NCBI RefSeq assembly: GCF_006345805.1
Contig: NC_043011.1
Span: 47,504,464-47,568,463, forward strand
DNA: 64,000 nt
Reading direction: 5' to 3'
Source of the DNA: Octopus sinensis
Lineage: Eukaryota
In this document: positions 39,042 through 53,164 of the stretch, piece after piece
Layout: the number at the start of each line of letters is the position of its first letter
Position numbering within the stretch: position 1 is the stretch's first letter
Position numbers and translations under genes: made by a program
Notes under the pieces: generated by a model
What the model was told of the DNA's origin: nothing
Databases searched by the model: none
What the model saw: the letters and a program-made list of their open reading frames with translations, nothing else

Positions 39042-40141
39042 TTATGCTGGTTGACTCTGCCTATTTTTCTTTTGGAAGATGTTAAATGGAATATTGGCCA
39101 AGTACTAGGCCAATTTTCTCTCTCTCTCTCTCTGCGAGGAAATCCATGAGAAATCACTCACTGTGTCCTTTTCCTCTAGAAACAAAAGGAAGATGGAGGT
39201 CAGTGACCTCCTCTCAAAGAAAACATGTTGTTACTGGAGTCAGCCAAGTATTAATGTGTAATAGAGCACAAACCAGAATGACGAAGCACCAGCAGAAATC
39301 TCATATACATCATGTTACATTCTAAATCTAATGCGTAGTGATTGATAACACAACTGTGGTTATTTCATTTTTATATCAGAATTACTGCCTTAAAAATTAA
39401 AGTTTATGATTGTAATTTCAGTTTTAAACTTGGTAAGAAAATGACACGGGAAATTTACTATCATGCTTGGGCAGTCAAGAGACAACATATAATACTTTTA
39501 TTACTGTCAATTTTCCAATTAGCTTGTCTTAGTATAAATGATGCAATTTGTCTTACAGAAGCATACACTACTATACAAGGAAGAAAAACAAAATATTCTG
39601 TAACAAACTGTGAATACTGGAAAAATTACAAACCTTCAAATAAATCTTTTCTGCATTTATTAAAAATAACAGGGTTGTTTTTTTTTTTAATGTCTATGAG
39701 ATAGTTTTTATAAGATGATGGATCTATAAATGGAAATCTCTTCAGACTAGTTATCTACTTAATAAAACAAAACAAATAACTTTTAATGAATGGGTGGATA
39801 GAAAAGTGAACTGAAACAGCTTTTTATTTTCTTTACTGCTTTCTTCTTAATATTTATGTTCTAACATTTCTATAAATAGTATTGTTAAGTTGTTTAAACA
39901 AAATACATTTTCAAATAATTTTTTCAATGTTTAGTCTGATTTCAATGACATAGTTATTAGTCTGTATGTCTAAACCTAACTTTTAAGAATTTTCAAAACA
40001 GAGTGTGGTTTAATGTTAACGATTTTAGGAATAGGTGTAAATTAGTGGTTCTTTGAGTGGCTCTAGTTGGGGGTCCATATGTGATTTTGTCATTAAAACT
40101 TATCTACAGTAAATTCCTTCTATCTACAGTAAATTGCATCA

Positions 40142-40600
40142 TTTATTCTTTTACTTGTTTCAGTCATTATACTGTGGCCATACTGGAGCACCACCTTAAA
40201 GGGTTTTACTCGAAGAAATTGACCCCAGGACTTATTCTTTGTAAGCCTAATACTTATTCTATATGTCTCTTTTGCCAAACTTAAGTTATGGGGATGTAAA
40301 CACACCAGCATTGTTGTCAAGCAATGGTGGGGCTGGGGTTCATTCTTTCACTTGTTTCAGTCATTAGACTGTGGCCATACTGGAGCATCACCTTAAAGGG
40401 TGTTAGTCGAAGAAATTGACCTGAGGACTAATTCTTTGTAAACCTAGCACTTATTCTATTGGTCTCTTTTTTGCCAAACTGTTAAGTTATAGGGATGTAA
40501 ACACACCAACATTGGTTGTCAAGCAATGCTGGGGGAGTGGGGACAAACACAGACACAAAAACACACACACATAAATATATAGATACATACATGTGTGTGT
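40142..40600 (-). mobile_element. Two tandem 3'-half SINE family A fragments
   Basis: Tail-half sequence occurs at 40142-40330 and again at 40340-40600. Confidence 0.82.
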
Positions 40601-41217
40601 GTGTGTGTGTGTGTGTGATTTGCTAAGCATTGCCTGAGATTGGAAAAAAGTAAAAGAAAATTTGAAGTGCTGCCTTACAACCAAAATGGTTACATAGCTC
40701 ACTTCAGTTTCCAAATTATATCTGTATTCACCAAATTCTTCACATTTTGAGTAGAACATTATTGGGTGACATCATTTTTGGACAAACTTATCAATAAAAT
40801 AAATATCTGTTTTTAGTCAAGAAACTTAAAGGAACAAAAAAAGTGTTGTACAAGCAATGCCACAAATTAATTAGGTATGTAGAGAATCTCTATGAATGTA
40901 GATTTGCAAGGGATTAAATTGGCCTAAAGACTAAAGAATCAAGTCACTCTAAATTCAAAATCACATGAGTACCTTGAGGGTTTGCACCTGATATCTATTT
41001 TCATCTTCACACAGAGTTCCTAAACATTTCTTGTAAAATCTATTACACACCAAAGTGGTTCATAAGACATTTCCCACTAGACACACACACACACACTTTA
41101 CTTCTGAGATTAAGTGTATCTTCAATAAAACAAGCTATTTTATAAAACTTGTACTAATTTCACTGGCAAAGTTGGCACCTCCAGAAATTGATTGAATGTG
41201 GTATAATACTTAATACT

Positions 41218-41799
41218 TTTATTCTTTTACGTGTTTCAGTCACTGGGGTTTAGTCAATCAAATCAAAGCCTGCACTCATCTATTTGTCTCTTTTTACAAA
41301 AAGTACAAAAAACCCCCCAAAAATTCCAATAAGATGCAAACAAACCAATGTAGGTTATCAAGCGGTGTGGGACAAACATAAAGAGGTACATGCACACATA
41401 CATGACAGGTTTCTGCAATTTCCATTTACTAGATCTACTCACAAAGAGCTGGTTGGCCAAGGGCTATGGCAGGTGACTCTTGCCCCAGGTGCCACACAGT
41501 GGCACTAAACCCAAAACCATGTGGTTGTGAAACAAACATGTAACCCACACAGCCATAACTGTATCTATTTCTTTATTGCCCACAAGGGGCTAAACACAGA
41601 AAGGATAAACAAGGACAGACAAACAGATTAAGTTGATTATATTGACTCCAGTGAGTAACTAGTACTTATTTAATCAACCTCGAAAGGATGAAAGGCAAAG
41701 TTGACCTTGGCAGAATTTGAACTCAGAACGTAGAGGCAGACGAAATACGGCTACGCATTTTGCCCAGCGTGCTAACGTTTCTGCCAGCTCATCACCTTA
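41218..41799 (-). mobile_element. Old SINE family A (41218-41557) next to a family B copy (41570-41799) with target-site duplication aactgtatctat
   Basis: aactgtatctat flanks the B copy at ~41558 and ~41800. Confidence 0.75.
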
Positions 41800-42162
41800 A
41801 ACTGTATCTATGAATAGTACAGTCATAACTGTATCTATGAATAGTAATCTGCTATTTAGCTTGCATATGGTACCAAAGATGCCAAAAGACCTATTTTGCA
41901 TAAGGAAAAGAAAAGACAAGCATTAAAATAACTTAATATTCATTTATTGAATTCTTCTGTTTTGCTTCCCTCTGCTTCAATAATAATATTACGAACACCG
42001 ATAATCAACAGATGATCTGTGTTACTAATTACAAAGTTGATTCTCAATCATTATTTCTCAGAACAAAATCTTGAATCTTGAATCAAGATTTCTCTTCAAC
42101 TAAAATCTAATAACATTTTATGTTATACGTGACCCATTAATGGTCACATTTTAATTTTTTTA

Positions 42163-42370
42163 ATTCTTTTATTCTTTTACTTGTTTCAGTCATTTGACTG
42201 CGGCCATACTGGAGCTCTGCCTTAAAGGGTGTTAGTCGAAGAAATTGACCCCAGGACTTAATTCCTCGTAAGCCTAGTACTTATCTGACTGGTCTCTTTT
42301 GGTTCACCACTAAGTTACAGAGACATAAACACACCAGCATCGGTTTCCAAGGGGTGGGGTGGACAAACAG

Positions 42371-42408
<38 letters not shown>

Positions 42409-42592
42409 ATATATATATATATACATATGTATACGAGGGGCTTCTTCCAGTTTCTGTCTATCAAATCCACTCACAAGGCTTTGGTCGGCCTGAGGCTATA
42501 GTAGAAGACACTTGCTCAAGGTGTCATGGAGTGGGACTGAACCCAGAACCATGTAGTTGGGGAGCAAGCTTCTTACCACAGAACCACGCCTG
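42163..42592 (-). mobile_element. SINE family A
   Basis: Full length, moderately diverged. Confidence 0.88.
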
Positions 42593-44038
42593 CAGTGTTC
42601 CATCTATGATAGAAAAAAGATGAATATTTTATTTTTTTTAAAATCCATATGCATTTTGACATAATAGCCACAATGTCAAAGTGCCAGACAATTGGCATGA
42701 TCTGGAGTTCAAACCCCATTACCCAAAATTTTATTTTGGGCATATGTGCATAGTACTTAATCCTGTCTATCCCTGTTCACCTGATATAAAACAAAGCTAC
42801 ATTGGGATTTCATTATTTGAAAGAAGAGTGCCTATCTGGGAAAATAACCATTTTTTTCAGTATGCTGAAGAAGTGTTCATGTTGTCACTGAAAGTGTATG
42901 TGTGTGTGTATGTACATGTCTATGCATTTCTTACTTGTGTTTGTCTCTTACCACCTAACAACTGGTATTGTTTTGTTTATGTCTCACTTCACAAATTTAG
43001 TGAAAAAGCAATTAAGGGAATAAGTCTCAGACTTAAGCACTTGGATCGATGTTAGCAAGTTGGGGCCAGCAAGATCAAGACCACAGTCAAATAACTGTAG
43101 AAAGTAGACAATAAAAATACACACATATACACATATATATATATACATATGTATGTGCATGTGTAGCACAATTCATTCAATATTGTTAACTGTGTTTTAG
43201 TTAAAGCTACGGTTTTGAAATCTGCTTAGAGTTACCTCTCTCTGGTATTTCCCATTGATAATGGCTAAAGAGCTATAAATACATCTGGGAATCTGATAGG
43301 GGGAAACACTAGACAGATATGGGGTTTTTACACCTGTTATCATAAGAGAGAATCTTTTTCTGCTCAGCAACTGCAGTGAATTTGCCTTTAAAAGTTGAGA
43401 AATGTCACAAACATATTTTAACTAACCTAAAGTTTGCATGTATATATGAACAGGTGGTACTGAGGCTTGCTGCCCTAAAAATAGGGTACTCAAAGAAAAA
43501 CCAGCTTCAAAGTAAAACTGGTAGAGAGTGGTTCCAAATGCAGTTGCTGCAGCCAAACTGTAACTCCCATACAGGCTTTTGCAGCCATGGCAAACACTGC
43601 TCTGCCCACAACAACCACCAAGATTTTATCAATGCTGTTCTATGTATACTCGTTTAATTAAAAGAAAAATAATCCCATAAAAGAAACAAAAAGGAAAAGA
43701 TCTGAAAGAGTAGATAAAAGAAGGTAAAATGGTAATCTTAATTTGATTCTTATATAATGATAATAATAATGAATGAATAATACAATTATCTCCTGAAAGA
43801 GAACATTTATTCCATTACCAAATGATTGGGTATTACTGACACGACATTGCTCTCTCCACTTTGTAGTCGTCATGTGGTCGTTAAGTGAAAGCAATTAATA
43901 TGGATCAAAAATTGTTTGGTAATAGCAATATCAGATGAGTCAAAAATTTGTATCTGCTAAAAACAAAAATACTTAGAAAGGAGAAACACACACACACATT
44001 ATATGCAGAGAAATTCACACACAGATATATATATATAA

Positions 44039-44111
<73 letters not shown>

Positions 44112-44151
44112 CAAAATGGGACAAGAATGCAAAACATCCAGATTTGTTCTC

Positions 44152-44182
<31 letters not shown>

Positions 44183-44494
44183 TATATATGTATGTATACA
44201 TACATACATATATATATATATATGTATGTATACATACATACATATATATATGTATGTATGTATGTATGTATAGATATATATAATTTTATATATATATATA
44301 TGTTATATTAAATTAGAGATAAAACTACTATTAGGCAAATCAAACTGAAAAACATAAGCTAATACATAAAAGTTTGGATTTATTCCCTAATATTATTATT
44401 ATTATTAATATATATATATATGTATGTATATATGCATACATACATACATATATATATATGCATGTATGTATATATACATACATATATATAGTTT

Positions 44495-44530
<36 letters not shown>

Positions 44531-45623
44531 ATATATGTGTGCTGAAATATGCATATGTTATTGATGATTCAAATAATGACTTATTAATGTTTAATCTAGG
44601 AATTATTAGTCATTTAGATAAGTACATCAGTGTCTAGATTTAACATACGTAACTAATTTTAAAAGTCTTACCTAATTTTCTATTGAGTATAACTAATCTG
44701 TTCTCTTAACTGACACATGGCTCTTCTTAATCAGTTATGTTTGATATGTGACTACAGCTCTGTTAACTCTCGGGTGGTTACTAAAGTTCTATCCATAATA
44801 GGCTTGCCTTTGATCCTGTCAAGATATTAAACTATTTGAAAGCTTGTATAATTTGATATTAAAATTTTTGACAACGCAAGTCCCACTTCAAATAGTTGGC
44901 TGCCTGAACTAAGTAATGGATAATGAAGTACCTTAGCCTCCCAGCCATTGTAACCCACTTGAAATTCACACACTGTTCATTCCAGAATGCTTTGCTGTTC
45001 CTATATTTCTGTTTTTGACAAATGGTTCCGCATGGGAGGCATTCTTAGTGATAGGCTGTTGTGTATCAGCTACTGTTAAAACTAGATTTATTCAGTAAGC
45101 AAGTATTAAGTATTTTGGCAACAATATCTAACCTGGGCCAACAAAGGCACATCAACATAGTCATTCAACTCACTTGAAATAGCAGCAAAATTCCTCTCAG
45201 ATAACTCATTTCTACTTTTTAAAAAATAATATACATGAAACCTGAGAAAGAAAATATAAACTGGATTGTCATAACTGAAACACCTTTGAACATGCTTTGG
45301 GCCAGAGCCAACCTCCTGATAATGTACAGCAACCCAGAACCAATTACAGGATATCAACGTTGGATCATTCATGTGGTTTGGGGATTGACTCCCCTCTGTG
45401 TCTTCTACCAAAGCCTTGGGTTGAACTGAATTTTGCTTGTATAATTTGTATGTGTATGAAGTGTAATAAAGTATATTAATGAAAACCCCCAAAAAGAAAT
45501 GAAGCATTTATTATTCTTTCTATATAAAATACAGTAACCCAGTAATGAATCTGTTGTAAAACTGTGACCAATGAAACTATTGTTTGCAAATTGTGATATA
45601 TAATTAATAAGATATATATATAT

Positions 45624-46000
45624 AGGTGTAGGAGTGGCTATGTGGTAAGTAGCTTGCTTATGAACCACATGGTTCCAGGTTCAGTCCCACTGCATGGCAT
45701 CTTGGGCAAGTGTCTTCTACTATGGCCTCGGGCCGACCAAAGCCTTGTGAGTGCATTTGGCAGATTGAAACTGAAAGAAACCCCTCGTATGTATGTGTGT
45801 GTATATGTTTGTGTGTTTGTGTTTGTCCTCCCCACAACATTGCTTGACAACCAATATCTCCGTAACTTAGCGGTTCGGCAAAAGAGACCGATAGAATAAG
45901 TACTAGGGTTACAAAGAATAAGTCCTGGGGTCGATTTGCTTGACTAAATGCGGTGCTCCAGCATGGCCACAGTCACATGACTGAAACAAGTAAAAGAGTA
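45624..46000 (+). mobile_element. SINE family A
   Basis: Full length. Confidence 0.9.
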
Positions 46001-46561
46001 TATCAACTCAAGGTGCTGAAAAATTTTCTGGGACTAACAATAGCAAAAGTTGGTAAACTTCAAAATAATGGCAGATTTCATTGATTGGTGAAAATACAAA
46101 GTTATATTACATGAAATTATCATCACCCAAAATTATTTTTCAAAGCTAATATGGATTATCTAACAAACCAGCATAATCTTGAGCCATCTATAAATGATCT
46201 ACGTGATAAGCTCAACTCCACCTCCTAGAAGTATCAAATAATTTACTAATCTCTAAAGAACTAAAAGAAGTGGGTTGGTCATAGCTTTACTCATAATGTC
46301 TACAGAATAACAATGGCTAGAAAAAATAAATCAAGATCAGCTAGAAAGCTGATATATGTTGTGGTATTTATTCTGCCCAAGTTACACACTTACTCCCTTG
46401 TCAATGTTATATTTGCTAATACAGTGAACCAGTGGTTGCTCCTTTTGATAAATCTATAATAATAATAATAATAATAATAATATAATAATAATAATAATTA
46501 CAATAATAATAGAAATGAAATTATTGTATACACTATTGCTTATAAACTGTATATCATATGA

Positions 46562-46830
46562 AGTCATGTGGCCTAGTGGTTAAGCTGTTGCACTCATGAT
46601 CGCTAGATCAATGGTTCATTTCCCTGACCAGGTGGTGCATTGTTTTCTTGAGCAAAACACTTCATTTCATATTCCTCCAGTTCCCACCTCGATCAGAGAG
46701 GATTGTTGGCCTGCTCATCTAGCCAGCAGGGTGGCATCATCTGAAGGCTAAAACAATGCAAAAGTTCAAAAACCAGCAATGCTTAACAACATATGATAGC
46801 CTGGTTGGTCACATGATCACTTGACCATTC
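46562..46830 (+). mobile_element. tRNA-derived SINE with a family C-like head and a different 3' half
   Basis: tggcctagtggttaag...ggttcatttccc...cttgagcaaaacacttcatttcatattcctccag. Confidence 0.6.
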
Positions 46831-47010
46831 ATCATGTGGGAGGGGGGGGGGTTCCATTATTTCTATTATCCCCATAACACATGTATATTTTGCTAATTCA
46901 TATATCAGTAAAAGAAGTTAACAATGGCTAGGAAGAAATTAAGATCAGCTAGAAAACTGATATGTTGGGGGTATTTATTCTGCTTTAGTTACACACTTAC
47001 TCCCTTTTCT

Positions 47011-47407
47011 TTTCTTCTTTTTATTCTTTTACATGTTTCAGTCATTTGACTGTGGCCATGCTGGAGTACCAACTTTAGTCGAATAAATCGACCCCAGGAC
47101 TTATTCTTTGTAAGCCTAGTACTTATTCTATCGGTCTCTTTTACCTAACCACTTAGTTACGGGGACGTAAACACACCAGCATTGATTGTCAAGTGATGTT
47201 GGCGGGGACAAACACAGACACAGACACACATATATATATATATATATGACAAGCTTATTTCAGTTTCTGTCTACCAAATCCACTCACAAGGCTTTGGTCA
47301 GCCCAAGGCTATAGCAGAAGACACTTGCCTAAGGCACCATGCAGTGGGACTGAACCCAGAACCATGTGGTTGGTAAGCAAGCTACTTACCACACAGTCAC
47401 TCCTGTG
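47011..47407 (-). mobile_element. SINE family A
   Basis: Full length. Confidence 0.9.
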
Positions 47408-49036
47408 TATATTTGCTAATACAGTAACATATGATGTAAAAATGAGATTTAATTACTAATAAAATAAACATACATTTTTATCTATACCACCTGAAGAGGG
47501 AACAATAACTCCAGAAATATGTATATACACCATTTACCTATTTTTCTATCTTCAGTTACATTGTTTACATAGATGTATTTGTATACAAAACGCTGTAACT
47601 TTCACTGTTGGCTCTAAATTCTGTAGAATATCTGTAAAGAGGGAATTCATTACAATATTTGTTCTGGACATCAAGGCTCTCAATTGAAATTCTACTTTCA
47701 TCCTTTAGAGATAAATACTAAAGTACCAGATGCTGGTATGGTCCTCAGAGTATTTGGTGTCACTTTTATAAGAGAGGTTAAGTCCTGCTGTGAGCAATGA
47801 TTATGATGATGATGATGATAGTGATAATGACAATAATAATGACCATTATTGTTTCATATAGACAACCCATGCTAGCATGGAAAGCGAACGTTAAACGATG
47901 ATGATGATGAATGACCAAAGAGACCTTTTATTGGTTTTAGAGAGTGTGCTGCCCAGGGTGGCCCTTCTGTTTGCTGCCCCTGGACTTCACAAAAACTACA
48001 TTGTCTACAATGCATTACAATATTTGTTCTGGACATCAAGGCTCTCAGTTTAAATTCTACTTTCATCCTTTAGAGAAAAATACTAAAGTACCAGATGCTG
48101 GTGTGGTCCTCTCTCCCTCAAGCTGTCAGATTATAATAGTTCCACCGGGAAAAGGGTGGGAAGGCTGACTGCATTCCTGACTCTGCAGTGACTACTTAGT
48201 TACCTAAAGCAATTTTCGGCATGCTACTAAGTTACTCTTGATTGTGAGTGATGGCTGTAGTTAAGACAAGATATAAAGGCATATACATATATATAATTTC
48301 AAAGCATCAATATCTCTGCAACAACCATGAAATATCATAATTGCCTGCATGCAATAATATTACACAAACATAAAGAATTCTGACCAGAGCTTTCAATTTT
48401 GTCATTTTCTTCCCATAAGAAGCATGGTGTTTGAAGCTTCAAGAATTATTATGTTATATAGTGAACCATTTTAATATCAGACTGCGATGTACATGTCTTT
48501 TAAAGAATCTTAGAAATGTAAGTGAAATATAATCATGTATGATGTGAAATAAAAATAATAATGATCTCTTTCTTTGATCCACTACTACTAGAAATTTGTA
48601 AGTAGGTGGAATAGAACAAGGACATTAGTTGCATATGCTATAGGAAATGTTGTCAACATTGCTACCAAAATTAATTTGCAGATTCAGTTTGTCAAAAGAG
48701 CATACCTTTGGCTTTCTGCTGAATGACGGAGCAGATAACAATCTTTGATGAATTTACAATGAATACCTGTCTCAAAATGGTCCATTCTACCTGCACAAGA
48801 CAGCAATGTCATGAACTATGTGGATGAAGTAAAAAGAATCTGATATTATTGTTTGATTGGAATCTAAAGGCACAATGTGGTCTATTCCAATTTGGTTCTC
48901 AATGAATTTTAGATATTAATATATTTCAAAAACCTATTTTGTGTGTGTGTGCATGCATGTGCTCATGTGCTGTGTGTGCATTGTATGTATCTGCATTTGT
49001 ATTCACATATTTGTATTCACATTTGTATTCACATAT

Positions 49037-49373
49037 CCAGCCTCGTCTGGCACCTGTGTCGGTGGCACATAAAAAACACCATCCGAGCGTGGCCGTCTGC
49101 CAGCCTCGTCTGGCACCTGTGTCGGTGGCACATAAAAAACACCATCCGAGCGTGGCCGTTTGCCAGCCTCATCTGGCACCTGTGTCGGTGGCACATAAAA
49201 TCACCCACTACACTCTCGGAGTGGTTGGCGTTAGGAAGGGCATCCAGCTGTAGAAACACTGCCAGATCTGACTGGACTGGTGCAGCTTTCGGGCTCCCCA
49301 GACCCCAGTTGAACCGTCCAACCCATGCTAGCATGGAAAGCGGACGTTAAATGATGATGATGATGATGATGAT
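49037..49373 (+). mobile_element. Family E element with a 63-bp tandem repeat (units at 49037, 49100, 49163) and a (GAT)n tail
   Basis: ccagcctcgtctggcacctgtgtcggtggcacataaaaaacaccatccgagcgtggccgtctg present about 2.6 times; tail ggacgttaaatgatgatgatg. Confidence 0.85.
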
Positions 49374-49517
49374 ATAACTATTTGGTGATTTTAAAGCTTG
49401 AGGCAATAAAATATATTTTATCCAGCTGTTCTTTTTTTTTGTGTGTGTGTGTGTAGGTCATCTTATTCCCTTTCAAATAGATTTGTTTCAAAGGGGCTGT
49501 GCCCATAGCATTTTCAG

Positions 49518-49655
49518 GTTCTATGAAGCCAATGACATTAATATCAACACACCATTATGAAGACTCCATGTCCCTTTGTAAAGTTGGGGCTAAGCCAATT
49601 TATAAAAGCAACTCGTCTAAATCTAGGCTACTGAATATCGTCAGAAAGCACAGGG
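49518..49655 (+). CDS. Weak candidate exon, product unrecognised
   Basis: ttttcAG acceptor and GGG|GTAAAT donor, 138 nt, open phase 1-1: SMKPMTLISTHHYEDSMSLCKVGAKPIYKSNSSKSRLLNIVRKHR. Confidence 0.18.
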
Positions 49656-49684
49656 GTAAATGAGAGTAGAGGACAGTTGTTTAA

Positions 49685-50144
49685 CCCTTTCGTTAATGCA
49701 TTTATTTTGCGATGTTCTGTATTTTGTTCAATTACTTTAAATATAACAAAAAATTTAGTAAAATAACTTAGTTATCATTCAGCTAGTGTTAGGAATATAA
49801 ATTGTGACTAAGGTTTGGTGGAAGATTTTAATTCAAAACTTATGAAAATCAGACATTTGTACTCAGAGTCAGAGCTGGTTTCAGCCGGATTGGTATTGAA
49901 AGGGTTGAATTAATCATTTGTTAACCCTTTTATTGCCATATTTCTATTGAGATGCTCTGTGTTTCTTTCAATTGATTTTAAAAATAACAAAGAATTTAGT
50001 AAAATAACTTAGTTATCATTCAGCTAGTGTTAGGAATATAAATTGTGACTAAGGTTTGGTGGAAGATTTTAATTCAAAACTTATGAAAACAAGACATTTG
50101 TACTCAGAGCCAGAACTGGTTTCAGCCAGGTTGGTAACGATAGG
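49685..50144. mobile_element. Tandem pair of piggyBac-type MITEs (49685-49904, 49925-50144)
   Basis: Each starts ttaa-cccttt; homologous to 6944-7163. Confidence 0.85.
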
Positions 50145-50467
50145 TTTTATACTATACCATTGCCTTACAAGTAATGTTATTGATCAGGAAGTGTAAGAGG
50201 CAAATTTGTCAACTGAATGTAAAACTTAAATTACTACAATAATTTTGTCTGCTGCTATTGATTTCGATTTGTGTCATTTACAAATGGTCAAAATGTTGTT
50301 GGCTTGTTATGAGCAGGATAAGAGCAAGGGCGGGGATTGTTAATTAAGCTAACTTTATTACTTAGCTTATTGATTTCAGCTGGATAATATGTAAATGTTA
50401 GTTCTAGCAATATTTAAACTATGAATGGGAAGGGAGCTCACTGAAGATCGAAAAGATTTAAATATTT

Positions 50468-50630
50468 AGGCGCAAGAGTGGCTGAGTGGTAAGTAGCTTG
50501 CTTACCAACCACATGGTTTCTGGTTCAGTCCCACTGTGTGGCACCTTGGGCAAGTGTTTTCTACTATAGCCTCGGTCCGACCAAAGCCTTGTGAGTGGAT
50601 TTGGTAAACGGAAACTGAAAGAAGCTCATT
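50468..50630 (+). mobile_element. SINE family A head (3' half absent)
   Basis: aggcgcaagagtggctgagtggtaagtagc...gaaactgaaagaagc, then (TA)n. Confidence 0.85.
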
Positions 50631-50646
50631 ATATATATATATGTAT

Positions 50647-50692
<46 letters not shown>

Positions 50693-51136
50693 AGGTTTGG
50701 AGATGATGTACAGGTATTATATATTAGAAGAAATGAGGTACTCAGAAAATCAGATGGTTTATATTTACAGATATTTATTTGTATATTACATTTTTTATAT
50801 ATATCATATAACTTAGATCATGTATTAGTTCTTTCTCCCATTCTAGTGGGGTTTTCAAATCAAACTAAGTTCCTGTGTGAGGAGTTTTGACCATTTTATA
50901 GTGGTATTGAGTTTGTAGTGGTGGGGACCTCATCCATCACCCTCTTGTACTGTCTTATATTCCTCCCCGAGTAGAATTTAACATACAATCTCAGCTAAAA
51001 CGACGTAGAATGAGGTAACAGATATACCCGGATCATGATTTTGAATTCTGGCGAGAGCCTCAATTCTTTCTTTGCTGCAAATAATAATGATGATAATAAT
51101 AATATCTTTATGAGTATTCATTTGAATATTCACTCA

Positions 51137-51167
<31 letters not shown>

Positions 51168-51361
51168 CAAAGAGATGAGGACTAAAATCCTTCAAAGGGA
51201 TGTAAAACATCCAAGTCTACTGGTACAGTCCAAGAAGAGTTCTATGTTTTTGTCTTTGGAATTAATTAGATTCTGAAACTATTTGTAGAATGTATATTGG
51301 TTTAACTTGGATTATGAATTGAAGTTCGTTTACACCTACAATTTTACTTTTCCTTATACTT

Positions 51362-51404
<43 letters not shown>

Positions 51405-51406
51405 AG

Positions 51407-51452
51407 CATATAAGAGGGATGTCCACTACGTAGTGGTTATCCCTCTTATATG
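51407..51452. repeat. 46-nt near-perfect palindrome
   Basis: catataagagggat-gt-ccactacgtagtgg-tt-atccctcttatatg. Confidence 0.9.
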
Positions 51453-51746
51453 TATGTAATGTAATATAATTTTTCTGTATCTTCAGATTTTAATATGCTA
51501 GGCCACTGGATTTAAATTGATATTAATCAAATTAATATTCAATTTTTCACCCTTATTATTTTATATATGCATATATATGTGTGTGAAATAATTCCTTTTT
51601 AACAGTGGAATTCAAAGAAGATAAAGTAATAAGTAAATAATTAATAGTGAATAAGTATTGGGGGGTAAGTATATGTATATATATAATTACACACTCACAC
51701 ACACACATACACACATATATATATAGTATATATATATATATATATA

Positions 51747-51796
<50 letters not shown>

Positions 51797-52653
51797 GAAA
51801 GATAGGTAGATAGATACATACAAACAAACATATATACATATAGTTTTAACCTGATATTTACTAACTATAATTTACTGCTTTATCTATTTTGAGTTCCACT
51901 GTAAAAAAAGCATTATTATATATATGTATATAAACTAGTTGGTAGACTCATTAGCACATCAGACACATAATGCACACACACACACACACACATACACACA
52001 CACTTTCACACACAGACATATGCACACACACACATAAATCCAGAATCTCTAATTTTGAGAGGCTTTCAAATCTTAAGATACCTGCATTCGTGCAATATAT
52101 TATTTGCTTCTATGTTTATAAATACATAAAGACATAAAAAATTATAAAAAAAACATGAAGAAAGCCATACAATACAGAGCTCGTATTCTGTATTTACACA
52201 CATATCATATACATGCACACAGTTACTCACAAGTATGTACGTATATATATCAGCAGGCAGATATGAATGAGTAAACATGACAGGAAAAAATTGAATATAC
52301 ACAGAGTGAAATAACATACAACACATATTTGTGTTCATACAATGTCGATGAATGCTGAGATACTGCACGTGCATGAGCAGAACTAGCATAGAAGTATCAG
52401 CTGCAGAATTCGGAGTAGGTATATTTATTGATTCTCAGTACAATATACGTGATCTTTGCTCAGACAATGCAGGAAAGAAGTACTCAATACATGCACCATC
52501 ATCCATAAGAAATAGGAGAAGCTTATATTACATGAAACTTCAAGTAGCAATGCAGGAGATACCAGCCACAATAGAGTAAATATAAATATGTGTATGTGTT
52601 TGCTTGTCTTTGTATGCTTATTTATATATGTGTATGTATGTATGTCAAAGAGG

Positions 52654-52952
52654 AGGCACATGGCCTAGTGGTTAGAGCAGCAGACTAGCGGTCGAGGGAT
52701 CATGGGTTCGAATCTCAGACCAGGCAATGTGTGTGTTTATGAGCGAAACACCTAAGCTCCATGCGGCTCCGGCAGAGGTAATGGCAAACTTCTGCTGACT
52801 CTTTCGCCACAACTTCCGCTCACTCTTTCCTCTTGCATCTTGCAGCTCACCTGCGACGGACCAGCGTTCCGTCCAGGTGGGGAACCTATACACCAAGGAA
52901 ACTGGGAAACTGGCCCTTATGAGCCAGACGAGGCTCGAGAAGGAACAAACAA
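52654..52952 (+). mobile_element. SINE family D (tRNA-derived head)
   Basis: A-box tggcctagtggttagagc, B-box ggttcgaatctc, GC-rich body and (acaa) tail; single copy in the window. Confidence 0.7.
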
Positions 52953-53164
52953 TGTATGTCAAAAGAATGAAAGAGACAGAGATACTCTCATATATACATG
53001 TGTGTGTGTGTGTATAAATATTTCAGGTAGGCATACTGAGACCAACTATCTAGTGTAGAACTCAATACATGTATGGTCCAAAACACAATGTTATATGAGT
53101 ATAAAGTGGCAACAGAAACAAACTGATGGCACCAGGAAAAAAAAAGTTATGTAATGAACATCAT

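Noticed and set aside
42681-43055. 124-aa ORF (similarly 39342-39704 and 43376-43657)
   Set aside because: No recognisable domain, it runs through (TG)n and a decayed SINE tail, and ORFs of this length are about expected by chance in 64 kb
43400-43600. Minus-strand open frame ...YGSYSLAAATAFGTTLYQFYFEAGFSL...
   Set aside because: It looks protein-like but has no credible acceptor and no recognisable family
47484-47530. ctgaaga-ggga...tcca-gaaa hammerhead-like string
   Set aside because: No stem I pairing, and the stem II closing pair is mismatched
50690-51060. (TA)n-flanked fragment with a tail resembling the 60864 element (aagagatgagg-like)
   Set aside because: Too decayed to assign, and no intact hammerhead core was found on either strand
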